NCBI RefSeq assembly: GCF_009834535.1
Contig: NC_045697.1
Location: 73,596,001-73,660,000 of the forward strand
Source of the DNA: Camelus ferus
Lineage: Eukaryota
Reading direction: 5' to 3'
Length of the DNA stretch: 64,000 nt
How positions within the stretch are numbered: the stretch's first letter is position 1; each line of letters starts with the position of its first letter. Position numbers and translations under genes: made by a program. Below, piece after piece: positions 12,426 through 24,640 of the stretch. The notes under the pieces were generated by a model. The model searched no databases. It was not told the DNA's origin and was given only the letters and a program-made list of their open reading frames with translations.

Positions 12426-14279
12426 TTTTATTAAGTGGATGGAACTCGGTAGTGTACGATCAGCAAACAGCATTATTATTTCACCACCATTTCCTTCAAA
12501 TATATTCTGTAACATTTCCTCCCCACCCCCAACATTCAGTCTACATCTGTGCTAGGTCCCATGGCTTTTAGTCACTTTCACTTAGGTAGGGAATTACATT
12601 CCTTTAAAACATGTATAAACTCTAAATACATGGAGACTTTCTCTGTAATACCTTAGGTGTACTGTGTTACAAATGTGAATCCATTCTAAACAGTATCTAT
12701 GCTTCTTGTGACAAATGAGACTGGGAGAGAGAAAAAAAGAGATCATTGAAAAACTAGTGAGGTCTGTTATTAAAGAATTCTGTCCCAGATCTTGGAAAAA
12801 GAAGAAAAAGGAATTATTCAGCATAGTTCTTTAAATAGTTGTACAAAAAGATATTAGGATAATTAAGAAAAAATAACACCAGTATCTTGGTTTTCTTCAA
12901 TCTTCCAGATGTGATTCTTCAAATAACAATAATTTTAAAATAATAAGTCACTTCAATGTGAAGGAAAAAGTAATGAAGAACTATCCAAAAATATTTGAAC
13001 AGGCTCAGATGTTTAAATATCAGGATGTTTCCATAGACACTAAATTTAGACTTTTAGAAATCAATGTGGAACATTCATTCAAACAATTATTCTAAGCAAA
13101 GCTTGAGAACACCAATAGGAAAAGAGAAAAAAATGCATCTTGTGAAATATGTCCAGCTGTTATCACACTTTCTTGCTATTGATGGAATGCCCGTAGTATA
13201 TAAGGTATTAAACTTAACACATCCAAAGTAGCTCTTGAGTCCAAGGATTTTCATTTATATATATATATGAATAAACAAGTACAAAATCTATGCACACTGA
13301 CTTTTTTGAATCTAATATTACATTTTGGTCTTATCCCAACCCATAGCTTGGTTTTGTTTGACAGACCTACAGTGTCTGAAGAACTACCATCTTAATTTTG
13401 CCCATTATATTTTCTGATTTTGATTTTTTTCCAGAATGCTGATGTTCACTTTTAGGAGATCATATTTAGAACAAAAGGAGGTCCATCCCACCTTTCAACC
13501 CTCTCCCTCAGTCATAGCTGAGTCTATCAAGCATGGACTCCTAACCCACCCAAAGAAGCTATTCATAAGACAGACAGGAATCCATGACCCAGTCACTCAC
13601 ACGCATACAAACATACACACACAAAATGATCAGGGACAGTCACACTGCCACCAGAAACTAAATTGGAAATAAAAAGAGAATGAAGTACTGAGAAACAAAG
13701 CTGAAAAAAATGCATAAAGAGAAGCCCTGAGTGGAGGCCATAAGGGATCCTAAAAGTAAGAGTTATGGTAAATTATAAAGTTTAGTTAAAAGAAGCTACA
13801 GTATACTGTTTTGTTCTGTTTCTTATTTTAAATATACACAGAATAGAAGGAGCTTATTGGTAATAAGGAGTAGAAACAGACACAATGAGCAAGATGACAT
13901 GAGTACAGCTACTAAGTAATGTCAATGGCAAGGCTGTAGGAAGGCTACCCAGGAATTCCCTCCACTAAGATCTCAGGGCTACAGTGAATTCAGAACTAGT
14001 CTTCCACCTGTGTACCAGTTCTGGGGTTTCTGTGAGGTTTTGTTTCTCCTGTCTAGGTCCACAGTGAGTATTGGTAAGGTTGTGCTTTTATAAAAGGGTC
14101 ATTTTGTAGGATTCATACATCCAGTCCAGTGGCCCCACCCTTATCACCACAAGTGAAATGTTAGAATAAACTCCTCTTTCACTAATCGAATCTGTTTTTT
14201 GAAATAAAAATAAAAAAATAAAAAGAACACTTAAACAGCACCTTACTCTATCTTTACCTCATATATATAAAAAAGTGGG

Positions 14280-15165
14280 CAATCAGAATGAGATATTACC
14301 TCACACCAGTTAGAATGGATATTATCAAAAAGACAAGAAATAACAAGTGTTGGAGAGGATGTGGAGATAAGGGAATCCTTAGCATTGTTTATGGGAATGT
14401 TAATTAGTGCAGCCACAATGGAGAACCGTATGGAGGTGCCTGAAAAAGTTAAAAATAGAACTACCATTATGATCCAGCAATCCCACTTTTGGGTATTTAT
14501 CTGAAGAAAATTAAAACACTAATTCAAAAAGATATATGTACACCTGTGTTCACTGAAGCATTATTTAGAACGTCTAAGACATGGAAACAACCTAAGTGTC
14601 CATCAATGAATGAATGGATAAAGAAGATGTGATATATATATAAAAGAATGAAAACTTGCAATTTGCAACAACATGGATGGACCTTTAGGGCTTTCTGCTA
14701 AGTGAAATAAGTCAGATAGAGAAAGACAAATACCATATGATCCCCCTTATATGTGGAATATTTAAAGAAACAAAACTCTTAGATAAAGAGAACAGATTGG
14801 TGGTTGCCCTAGGTCAGAGGTGGGGGGGGGGGGAGGGTCGGTGATGGGTGAAATGAGTGAAGAGAGTCAAAAGGTAAAAACTTCCAGTTACAAGTAAGTC
14901 CTGGGGATGTAACATACACCACAGTGACTATAATTAGTAATACGTACTGTATGTATGAAAGTTTCTAACAGAATAGATCTTAAAAGTTCTCATCACAAGA
15001 AAAAGAAAATGTGTAGCTATGTATGATGATGGATGTTAGCTAGACTTATTGTGGTGATCATTTCACAGTATATACATATATCAAATCATTATGTTGCCCA
15101 GCTAATATCCTACTATAATGAAACTAATATAATGTTATATGTCAACTATATCTCAATTGAAAAAA
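14280..15165 (+). mobile_element. L1MA-type LINE-1 3' end (ORF2 tail, 3'UTR, A tail)
   Basis: 'atattacctcacaccagttagaatgg', 'gatccagcaatcccacttttgggtatttatc', 'cttaaaagttctcatcacaagaaaaa'. Confidence 0.9.
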
Positions 15166-15379
15166 AGGGAAAGGGGAAAATGTGGTCTTTAGTAGTTTGT
15201 CTCTAAGATTCCTTCAAGGGCTATTATGCCCTCTTTCTTTTAGGTGTAATTTTTTTCAGAATTTAGACCTTGTGATTGCACTGTTTTCACATAGATGACT
15301 TAATCCTGCATGGATCAGCTCATTGCAGGAAGCATGAGATTTCTAGATTCATATTTTAAAATTATTTTAATTGCATCCT

Positions 15380-15441
15380 AAATATATATATGTATGCGCA
15401 CGCAAACACATATATGTATATATATAAAATATATATATATT
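15380..15441. repeat. Mixed (TA)n/(TG)n/(CA)n low-complexity microsatellite
   Basis: Directly visible. Confidence 0.7.
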
Positions 15442-16319
15442 TTAGACCAAGTTTTGCCATTCTCTGAAATATAAATAGTACAATGATAAAACAGTCAGTC
15501 TCTTTCCTTATGGCATATAATTTGAGAAGGAGATTAAAAAGTAAATTGTTATAATAAAATGGAGATTATGATATAAATAAGTATGCAGTGTAATTAGGAT
15601 TGGAATTAAGCCCAAATTGGGATTACAGACAAAGAAAAGCTTCTGGAGGAGATAAAACCTAAGGTGCCTTTTAAAGAAGAAAAGACAGCCAGTTAAGGGA
15701 AAAGTCAGAAAGGCAATTGTAGACAAGAGAACAGATACAGAAAAGAATCAATTATTGAGAGAGAGCATAGCTTTACCTCAATGCCGATTAAGCATTTTTT
15801 AAATTATAGTCCACTTGGGCAGAATCTAAGAACTACAGCCCTCTGAAGACAAGTATTTCCACTCTCTAGTAAAAAAGTAAAGGGACTTGAGATAAATGAA
15901 TTTAAGTAAACTTTTGATATTAATATGTATGAATTATTCTCATCAATAAGATAAAAATATTGATACTTATGTAATTATATATTTAATCTACACATTTTAC
16001 ATCAACTCTGTAAATTATTATACTTACTTTAGCAATATAATGCCCTTTAAATTTTTTGATTTTGCTTTTTTGTGTAGGTTATGCATGTACATGATAAAAA
16101 AGAAAAAGAATACTCAATAAAAAATTGCTTCACTCCATGTCTCCCAAAATCTCTACAAATATTGATAGTTTCTTTGAGTACCCCCAAAGATATTATATAT
16201 ATTCACAAACACATGTATTTCCACACAGATACACAATTGGTAAACTTTTCTTTCCCAGATTTAAGAATGTATCCTGGAGAGCCTTCCAGACTATTTCAAT
16301 GTATTTTTCTCTTTTTAAT

Positions 16320-16788
16320 TTAATATTTTTAACTTTCTATTTTGAACTAATTTTAGACTTTCAGAACAGTTGCAAAATATTATGAGTTTCCTTATCTCTC
16401 TCAATATGCTTTCCAAAATGTTAACATCTTACATAACTATAGTATAATGATCAAAAACAAGAAATAAACATTGATATAATATTATCACTTAAACCAGAGA
16501 ACTTATTCTAATTTGAACAAATGTTTCACTAGGGTCCTTTCTTTCTCCAATGATCCTATCCAGGATTCCACATTATATTTAGTTGTTATTATTCCTCGGT
16601 CTGCCAGTTTGTAAGAGTTCCTCAGTCTTTCCTTGTCTTTCATGACCTTGACACTTGAGCAGTAATAATCAGTTATTTTTGTAGAATTTCCCTCAATGTG
16701 GCTTTGTCTAATATTTTCTCATAATTAGAATGACGTTATGCATCTCTGCATGAATTTCATAAAAATGATGCATCTACAGATGCATCAG
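16320..16788 (-). mobile_element. L1MC-type 3' end (minus arm of an inverted L1)
   Basis: Reverse complement matches 37905-38340 ('tcaaggtcat', 'atgagaaaatattagacaaa'). Confidence 0.75.
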
Positions 16789-17370
16789 GAAATTGATTCT
16801 AGGACTGGAACAGGAAAAATACAAGGTAAACCTGGAGTATCTCATGGTGTAGGAAGGTAAGAAAATGTTCTAAAAGGAGGGGGCTTTCTAAAAGGACACA
16901 AGATCTGACGGGACTTATGATCTAATGACCAAATGGCCCTAATGGCCAAAGCTGGATCAATGATGAGCAACAAAATCAAAAACAATGGTATTGGATTTTA
17001 ACCTATAGCATACATTAAATATGCATGAGTATATAGTGATATAAATCAATAATTGAGTAAAAAAAATAAATGGGGAAAGGAATAGCTCTTAAAGTTCCAC
17101 TTAGTGATTTCTGAGAAACAGAGAATCAACATTAGGCAAACACCACAGTAACAATTATTACAGATAAAATCCACCAATGAATGCCAAAATTCATAGGCAA
17201 AAGTTTGAGAAAAGGAATTGCCTAATCTCAAACCATCTCTCTAATTAACTAGAAAAGAAAAATTAGTAAGCTTCCAGTGGAGAAATTTGATCACACCAAC
17301 TTATCCATTATTTGTTATAAGATATGTGAGCTATTTCACGTCATGTATAGAGAAGGAAACAGTATCACAA
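16789..17370 (+). mobile_element. L1MC-type segment (plus arm of an inverted L1)
   Basis: Similar to 37365-37915 on the same strand ('tctaaaaggacaca', 'gccaaagctggatca'). Confidence 0.7.
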
Positions 17371-17433
17371 TTTAGTTTTCAGTAGAGAACATTTTAAATA
17401 GATAACATATTTATGAGACTTAAAATTGTTTAT

Positions 17434-17600
17434 GGGGGGAGAGTATAGCTCAGTGGTACAGCACATGCTAAGCATGCATGAGGTCATGTTCAATCCCCTG
17501 TAGTTTCATAAATAAATAAATAAATAAATAAACAAACAAACAAACAAACAAACAAACAAACCTACCTACCTAACTTACCTCCCCCTTCCAAAAATTTTTT
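17434..17600 (+). mobile_element. tRNA-derived SINE (camelid type) with (AAAT)n(AAAC)n(CCTA)n tail
   Basis: A-box 'tagctcagtgg' and B-box 'gttcaatccc'. Homologous to three other copies in the window. Confidence 0.9.
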
Positions 17601-17699
17601 AAATGATTTAAATTATTTAATATCATTAAATTTTTAAATGTAAAAGAATACAGTGCAAGTCTCTATACTTACATTAATGGTCTATTTTATACATGATTT

Positions 17700-20600
17700 T
17701 CAACATGTGTAAATATGTTTAGAATAAATTTCCAGTGAGTTTCCTGTAGAAAACATATAGTTGAGTCTTTTACGCCACTCTGATAATCTGTTAACTAGTG
17801 TACTTAGACCAGTTATTCATGCTTAAAGTGATTATAGATGTAGTTGGATTAACGACCATGTTTGTGATTGTTTTCTATACACTGAACTTGGTCTTTGCTC
17901 CCTCCACCCCTCTATTCCTGCCTTCTCTGGCCGTAAGTAAATATTTTATATTATTCCGTTTTATCCACTCTCCTATATAACATATATCAAGTATACATTT
18001 TTTTAATTTAGTAGTTACCCTAGAATTTATAATATATTTTAAACTAATATAAATCCACATTCAAATAATGCTGCAGCACTTACACATGTAATACAGGTAC
18101 TTTCTAACAGAGTATCCCAATTCCTGCTTTCTGCTCCTTAAGACAGACCTGTCATTCATTTCAGTTTTCCATATGCTACTGTTACCCAATACATTGTTAC
18201 TATTCTTAAAGTTATTTTTAGATCAATTAAGTATAAGAAAAAAATTTTAATAGAAGATCTCATTTTAACTTTATTTATTCTTCCTTTGATGTTCTTCTTT
18301 CTCTATTCAGATACATGTTACTGCTTATATCCTTCTGCCTGAAGAACGTCTTTTAACATTTCTTTCCGAGTAGATCTACTTGAGATGAATTATCTCAGTT
18401 TTTGTTCTTCTGAAAAAGTCTATATTTTCACTTTCAAGAGTTATTTTGCTATATCCTAGACTGGTGAATTTCTTTTTCTTTCAACACTTTAAATGTTTTA
18501 CCCCTCTCTTTGTGCTTGAATGGTTTCAGACACGAAGCTTACTGTAACTTTTCTACTGTTTCTCTATAGACAAGATAATTTTTCTCCCCTGGCTTCCTTC
18601 AATGTTTTCTCTTTGTCTTTGGTTTTCTTAGCTTTGAACACAATCTGCCCAAGAGTGTTTGGAGGCTTTGGTTTTAGTAATCATTTCAGTGTTCAGCCCT
18701 TGGATCTGTAGTTCAGTGTTTCAATTTTTTTTTTTTTAATTCTCAGCCATTATTACCTCAACATCTGCTTCATTTTCTTCTCTCCTTCTGTATTCCAATT
18801 ACACTTTATACATCTTAATATTGTCCCTCAGTTTTTGGCTCTTTTTCTTTTCTTTTCTTTCATTTCATTTCAGTTTTGGAAGTGTATACTGACCTGTCTC
18901 CTTGATCATTTTTCTTTCCTCAGCCACGTCAAATCTGCTGCTATGTCCATCAAAGGCATTCTTCACTTGTGTTAATGTGTGTTTTTATTCCTATCACTTT
19001 CTTTGGATTCCTTCTTAGTTTTCACTCTTCTGCTTACATTGCTGATTTGTTGTTACATCTACTTTTTCCATTAAAGCTTTTAAGATATTAATCATAGGTA
19101 TTTTAAATTCCTAGCTTGGTAATTCCAACATCTGTGTCATACAGAAGTCCTGTTTTGATGATTGCTTTGTCATTTCAAAGTGTTTTTCCTTGCCTTTTGG
19201 TATGCTTTGTAATTTAAAAAAAATTCAGACATGTTATATTGGGCAATAGCAACTGAGGTAGACAGTACTTGAGCTTCAAGATGTATGATAATCTGCCTAA
19301 GAGTTGAGCTATGTACATCGTAACTGCGAGGATATTGTAAATGGTATTTTTATTTCAATTTCCAATTGTTTAATATAAGTATATAGAAAATTGATTAATG
19401 TGTACAGATTGTACTCTGAAAAATTGTTATTCACTTATGACTTTGAGTAGTTGCTCTGCAGGTTCCTTAGAATTTTCTACATAGACAATAATGCCGCCTA
19501 TGAATAGAAGCTTCACTTCATTTCCAATCTTTATAACTTTTCTTCTCGAGTTTTTTCACTAGCTAGGAATTCCAGTACACTGTTGTATAGAACTGATGAG
19601 AGGGAATATTCTGCTGTTCCTGATCTTCAGAGTGTTCAATATTTCACCATTAAGTAAGCTGGCTGAAGGGTTTATGTAGGTGCTCAATATCAGATGAAGA
19701 AATTCCCTTTTACATCTAATTTGCTAAGGTGTTTTTTTCCCTGAGGGTTTTTTTTTTAATATCAAAAATGTGTATTAAATTTTGACAGGTATTTTATCTA
19801 AATAGTCAGAAATAATCATAAAATTTTTTTCTCCTTGATTTTGGTAATATGGCAAATTGTTGCAGAAAATGCCATTTTCATTTATTTTAAATAAAATTGA
19901 AAAGAACACCAAAAAAGAACTTTCTTTAGCATTTATCATAGGACAGGTTTACCAGTGATGAGTTCCTTCAGTTTTTATTTAACTGAAAATGTTTTCCTTT
20001 TACCTTCACTGTTAAAAATATTTCTCTGGATACAGAATTCTACATGGATTCTTCTTTTTACTTTTCCCATTAGTATTTTAAACATGTTTCTCATTATCTT
20101 TAAGTTTCATTGTTAGTGATAAAAAGCCAGCCATCCTTCATATCACCAGTCACTATATAGAAGGTGTCATTTTTCTCTGGTTGCTTTTAAGATTTCCTCT
20201 TTTTATCTTCAGTTTTAACAGTTTGATTATATGGTATTTTGATTTTTTATTCTATTTAGGATTTGCTGAACTTAAGAATCTGTAAGATATTTTCCTCCAA
20301 ATTTAGAAATTTTTCACTTATTTCTTCAAATATATCTGCCCCAAATTCATATTTCATACTCTTCTCTCTCTCCCTCTTTCCTCTTTTTTCCATATTTCCC
20401 TCCTTCTGCTATTTCCCTATCTCCCTATCTCATGTATTAGAATATTTGCAATTGCACATATATTAGAATATTTCCTACTATCCTGGACATGACTGAGGCT
20501 CTGCTCATTATTTTCAGTTTTTTTCTGAGTTCTTCAGATTGAACAACTTCTTTAGATGTATTTTAAAGTTCACTAAACACTTCTGCTACTTCCAGTGTGC

Positions 20601-21480
20601 TCATAAGCCCTTCATTAAAGTTTTTATTTCAGGTAGTGAACTTTTCAGTTTGAAAATTTCCACTTGGTTCTTGTTTATAGCTTTCATTTATTGGCTGCGA
20701 TTACCCCCCCCCCCCCCCCCGTTCATTAATTATAATTTATTTTAAAGTTTTAAACATACTTTTAATAGTTTCATTAAAGTCCTTGTTTGCTAATGTTACC
20801 ATTTGTTTCATCTTGAAGTTGATTTATATGAACTGCTTTATCTCACTGCTAGGAGTTACAGTTCACTGTTTCTTCATGTGTCTAGTAATTTTTTTTAGTG
20901 TTCTGGACATAGTGGATATTACATTGTAGTCTCTGGATTCTGTTATCTTTATCTTAAGAGTATTTATTTTGGTTCTAGCAAGTAGTTAATTTGGTTGGAC
21001 CCAAATTCAAAACATACTTCCACCGTGGAGGGCAGCAGCTAGAATCTCTGCTTTAATTATTTCAGTCTTCAATTTATCCTTTCTTGCAGACTCCTTACAA
21101 CCCCCTCACCCCATTTTCTAAAGTACAGTGCAGAGTCAGGCAAGAATTTAAGTGGAGTTATTTGCAAATCTGGGGGATTCCCTTTATAGGGCTCCTTACT
21201 GGGATTTCTTTCTCACTCTTTACCTGTCTAGGCATCCCTGATTCCTTTCTCTGACTGCTCAAGCCATTAAGGCTCATTGCTTAAGTTCTAGCTCACAGGC
21301 TGGAGAGTTCTCCAGACCAAAAGCCATACAAAATTAAATACCACCCTATGCAGCACCCTATTTTCAAGAGTTGACTTTCCTCTGGTTTTGGTCTTCAAAT
21401 ATTTGTTGTTGTCGTTATTATTGTAAATTTATCCCAGAGTTTATCACTGTTATCTATAGGAAAGCTTCTCCGGTATTACC
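17700..21480 (-). mobile_element. Cluster of old L1M fragments
   Basis: Long T-rich tract with L1 antisense motifs ('ttccttagaattttctacatagacaat', 'agctaggaattccagtacactgttg', 'ttcaatatttcaccattaagta'). Probably several nested elements. Confidence 0.75.
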
Positions 21481-21674
21481 AGAAGCTGACCCCCTCAGTA
21501 CATCTGAAACTGACTGTGTGCATTCAATTCAGTAGGCACTGAGTATATCCTCAAGCAAGTACATACTCAAGCAAGACCAGAAAATATCCTGAAAGTCCAG
21601 TTTTATTAGTGCTACAATAATACTGGAATGTATGCATATGTACTATTTTTAAATGTATTTATTTTGAGATACAC

Positions 21675-22445
21675 AGTGTAGCACATTAGCCAAAAAATAA
21701 AAACTGTCAAGACAATCACCTAGATTAAAATCTTGGCCCTACCATTTATTCTATGACTTTGGGCTATTAAATTTTTCTAAATCTTAGTTTCTTCATTTAT
21801 AGCATGAAGATAATAAGTTACCTACCAATGTGTACACTCATGGCTAATAGCCTGTAGTTATTCACTACCAATTACTTACAGCCAGTTCCCATTCTAATTT
21901 ATCAGGGTCTGTGCACTAACACTTGTCAAGTATTTTAAAATTTACTCTCTCCACATTCACTGTCAAACCCCTCCTCTTTTGCCAGCATCTATTTCTTATA
22001 CCTAGGATAGGTAAGCAGAAGTTGATGGAGGGTTTCAGAAGAAACTTTGCTTCCTGATGAAAGAAATAAACATGACTGATCTAGCCCTTCCATCTTATAT
22101 ATTTAACATCTTATGTGTTAAATACAACCATAATATTCAGAGCTACTGAAGCCATTTTAAATCCATGAAGGGAAAGGCAAGAGAAAAATCTCAGTGATGC
22201 TATTCCTGACACCACTGAGCTCTCAAATCAATGTCAACAGACTTCTTGTTATATTAAGATAAATCCTATCCTCTTTTTTTAGGTCACTATTCATTAGAAA
22301 TCTGCCTACTTGCAGATGAATGTATTCCTAAATGGCACACCACTACTTCACGGGTTTGTTTTAAGCATCATCTGTGATACTGTATGCAAAATGCTTATCT
22401 CAGAGTGTATCACGTAGTAAGCAATCAATAAATGTTAACTATAAT
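21675..22445 (+). mobile_element. MIR split by a MaLR (MLT1J/K-like) LTR at about 21835-22335
   Basis: MIR 5' half ('tcttagtttcttcatttatagcatgaagataataa') and 3' half ('cacgtagtaagcaatcaataaatgttaacta') flank an LTR-like block. Confidence 0.6.
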
Positions 22446-23199
22446 CCCTAGTTATTTATGCTCTAACTCTCTTCCAAAATTATTTGAGATGGCTTGTGCA
22501 AACACACACAATTTAACAGGAAAAAAACAGTCAGAAAGAAAAAAAGCTTAAAAAGAAATATAGATTTACTAAAGTTAAGACACAAAACACATTCCTAAAC
22601 ATACGTAAAACTGTTATAGGCAGCTCCCATATTTGAGTTTCCTAGCACATTAAGGAAAAAAGGAAACAAGTCACTTGGTATTGAGAACCAAGATACATTT
22701 TTTTTATTCAAGATCAAGTAATACCACAATATAAGAGAGGAGTTAGAACTTGTAGACGCTGAATTTCCAAGATATAAGCTAAGCTTCTGAGTTACTGCCC
22801 ACTCCCTCATGTTAGTGGACTTTAATAGGGTACCAAAATTCCACATAACACCTTTATCCCACACCAAGTAGAAAAGGAAAGAATTCACTATGATAAAAGT
22901 GAGTTTTCCCACAGGGAGAAAAATGTATCTGCTCCAAGCTGATAACCAAAAAAAAATCTTAAAAGTTGTCTACCATGACAATTTCTTGCAATGGTTATTT
23001 CCTTTAACATTTATATTGGTATCCTGAGGAAAAAAAAATCAGCCTGGGCAGTTTTTGAACGACTCTAACATACTCAACTGTTTTTATTTTTAAAATCTGT
23101 TTATAACTTTTACTACCCTTGCAATAACCAAGAAAATCACAGTCATGTAAGAGACAGAGAAATATGCATAACAGATACCCAAACACTGAGGCAACCTTA

Positions 23200-23290
23200 G
23201 AGAGAGAGTGTGGGAAAGAGAGTGGAGTGAGGGAGGGACGGAAGGAGGAAGAGGGGAGGGAGGGGGGAGAAGAGGGGAGGGAAGGACTCA
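23200..23290 (+). repeat. GA-rich polypurine low-complexity tract
   Basis: Directly visible (gagggagg...). Confidence 0.8.
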
Positions 23291-24504
23291 AGAGAAGCAG
23301 TAATATTTTCTCTATCGGTCCCTATTTATTGTGAAGTATATATTATCTAACAAGGAATTGTAAGCCTGAAAACAAAATCTGCTTTAGGAAAACAGTGGCC
23401 GGACTCTTCTCTTAAAAGAGTTCAGAACTCTCAAGAGCAAGAGAGTATTTATATTTTCTGACATCTTCCAAAAGACAATTTCAATGTTACTTTTAGAAAT
23501 TTGGGGCTATCTCTTGTACTCAGGGAGCCCACAAGACAGGAAGCGCTCATAGTTTATGATTACTCACTAATCCAAGGTAAATGAGACAAGAATACGTTGG
23601 TCGTTACATACTAGGGTGGGGGAGCAAAGAGGGATGGCTATCAGAGCCAAAGCCATGGGGAGGGGGGGGGCTAGGTCTTATCTTTGGTCCTAGAGTTTTC
23701 TTCTCAAGATGAGTGGGTAGTAAAGGCTTCAATTTGAGCCTGTAAAAGACTGCAAGCTCATTACAGAAAAGCTAGAGCAGGTGATCAAGGCTCTCCTTCC
23801 CAGATAACTTGAAAAATAGACCATCCTAGAAAGATGCAAAGATATAATATAGCTTCAAATTATGGGGATCAATTTTCAAAATTTTTTAATCATTAGATAT
23901 AGGGGGTCATTCTTTGAGCACAGAGCTCTATTTGAATAAACAAATGAAACAGATACCTATTTATTCTTTTTCAAGCTTGCTTGAGTGCCTAAGGATAAAT
24001 TTCACAAAGTTAAAATCTGTACAAGTCTTGAAACGCAATTTCAAAACCATCTCCTCTCACTTATCCTAATTCATGAGATCAGGACTCCGAGGGCAGAGCC
24101 TTTACTGAAGCCGTGCTGTGAGAACAAGAAATGGTCATGTTTAGTTGTCACGCCCTCCCGCAGGGGAGATGGGCAACCTTGAACTCTGGTGTCAGCTGCT
24201 CCAGAAGCATTTTGCTCAGTTTTATAAATGAATGCACTAACTAAAAAGCATTCTCATCTGCTAATTATTTGTAAACCACTTTACTTCCACTGTGCTCCCA
24301 ATTTAGGTTTTGAAGCAATTCTGCAGTCACCGAAATTCTGTAGTTCACCCTTTAGTTACGTATTTTTTTCACCTTCAAAGAATACAAGGAGTGTTTCAGC
24401 CTACATTTTAAATATGAAGAAGCAAACGTGTGAAATGAGGAAATAAAAATATACTGCGGTTTTTTTTTTAGAACATATACTTACATACTTTCAAAGCATG
24501 CATA

Positions 24505-24640
24505 TTTTAACAAGAAGAAAGTAAGCTCCATAAGAACGCAGCCCTTGCCTGTCTTATTCATCACTGTAGCCCCAATACTTACATCAGTGCCTAGCATGCA
24601 GTAGGCACTCAATAAACACTCCCTGAATAAATAAATAAAC
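24505..24640 (+). mobile_element. L2 3' terminus
   Basis: 'taagctccataag...tgtcttattcatcactgtagccc...cagtgcctagcatgcagtaggcactcaataaa'. Confidence 0.75.
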
